From: Leidyana gryllorum EB-2025a
Taxonomy: Eukaryota; Protista; Apicomplexa
DNA length: 64,000 nt
Direction of reading: 5' to 3'
Assembly (NCBI GenBank): GCA_048772705.1
Contig: JBLWGC010000121.1
Coordinates: 124,001-188,000, forward strand
In this document: in pieces, positions 63,295 through 64,000 of the stretch
Position numbering within the stretch: the stretch's first letter is position 1
Layout: each line of letters begins with the position of its first letter
The notes under the pieces: generated by a model
The model's input: only the letters and a program-made list of their open reading frames with translations
What the model was told of the DNA's origin: nothing
Database searches by the model: none
Translations under genes and position numbers: made by a program

Positions 63295-63486
63295 GCCTGA
63301 AGTGTAGACAGTGTGTCTGCCTGAAGTGTAGACAGTGTGTCTGCCTGAAGTGTAGACAGTGTGTCTGCCTGAAGTGTAGACAGTGTGTCTGCCTGAAGCG
63401 TAGACAGTGTGTCTGCCTGAAGTGTAGACAGTGTGTCTGCCTGAAGCGTAGACAGTGTGTCTGCCTGAAGTGTAGACAGTGTGTCT
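63295..63486. repeat. Minisatellite: 8 x 24 bp (GCCTGAAG[T/C]GTAGACAGTGTGTCT)
   Basis: Exactly 192 bp; two units carry T>C. Confidence 0.97.
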
Positions 63487-63691
63487 GTCTACTGCATTGT
63501 ATTTTGTTGTGTTAGCAATATCGTCTGAGCGTGGCCGGTGGGTGGGGAACTTCGTGCAACACGGGCAGCAAGGCGAGTTGGGGAAGATCATCGAATTTGG
63601 GATTCACTGTGTGCGAAAAGGGTGACCCGCCATTTATTGTTGAGTTTTCTGACTGTTGTTCTAGAATTATTAGCCATCCGCTAGGCATACA

Positions 63692-64000
63692 ATGAGATTA
63701 CTCACATTTGCTACAATTACCTACACGGCTCTGGCCTCCGAGCTGTTTGGAGACCGCTTCCCTGCCATTCGGGAAGATGTCGCAATTGCAGAGGCCGACG
63801 CCTCCACTTATCCTATCGAATTTACTTCCTCAGAGGAGCTGACCGAGGAATCGTCGTCGGAGATAGTTGAAGACACTATCACGGAATCGCTTGACGATCC
63901 CTCCACACAACCGACACCTGAACCCACAGCGGCAACATTCCCAAGAGATACCGAGACCACCGTGGAGATTAGTACGGCATCACACTCCGATGTTGGGACA
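63692..64000 (+). CDS. Secreted acidic Ser/Thr-rich mucin-like protein, 3' partial
   Basis: MRLLTFATITYTALASELFGDRFP...FTSSEELTEESSSEIVEDTITES...PTPEPT; open to the window end. Confidence 0.7.
   Translation, partial: MRLLTFATITYTALASELFGDRFPAIREDVAIAEADASTYPIEFTSSEELTEESSSEIVEDTITESLDDPSTQPTPEPTAATFPRDTETTVEISTASHSDVGT

Noticed and set aside
63295-63486. CAGTGT in each unit resembling an iron-responsive element loop; also the 63043-63591 minus ORF
   Set aside because: The flanks do not form the IRE 5-bp upper stem with a C bulge around CAGUGN. The ORF is a by-product of a 24-bp stop-free repeat plus the antisense of a real gene.

Overview
Eukaryotic, gene-dense DNA with short GT-AG introns (mostly ~39-56 bp). 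An MTIP/MLC1-family myosin light chain points to an apicomplexan, plausibly a gregarine (inference). There are three zones. (1) 1-14 kb holds tightly packed, mostly housekeeping genes: ZCCHC9-like, an unknown membrane protein, an APT/LYPLA-like esterase, GPATCH1-like, a short MLC1-like light chain, a CAX Ca2+/H+ exchanger, a GILT-like thiol reductase and GcvT. (2) 14.4 kb to the window end is a co-oriented + strand cluster of at least 7 signal-peptide, Ser/Thr/acidic mucin-like genes; the six complete ones end in GPI-like tails. One is a ~10,939-aa giant built from five successive tandem-repeat families. (3) Embedded in that cluster, between two paralogous small mucins, is a ~12.1-kb block (49568-61670) with three same-orientation copies of a ~132-bp LTR. 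It contains a decayed Ty3/gypsy gag-pol with a tRNA-Ala-type PBS, a 2.7-kb tandem triplication of an F-box/LRR-like gene, another spliced gene, and a 63-bp-arm foldback hairpin at its left edge. A 4/5 target-site match across the outer LTRs suggests one composite, cargo-carrying retroelement. All family calls are by eye from motifs; no searches were run.
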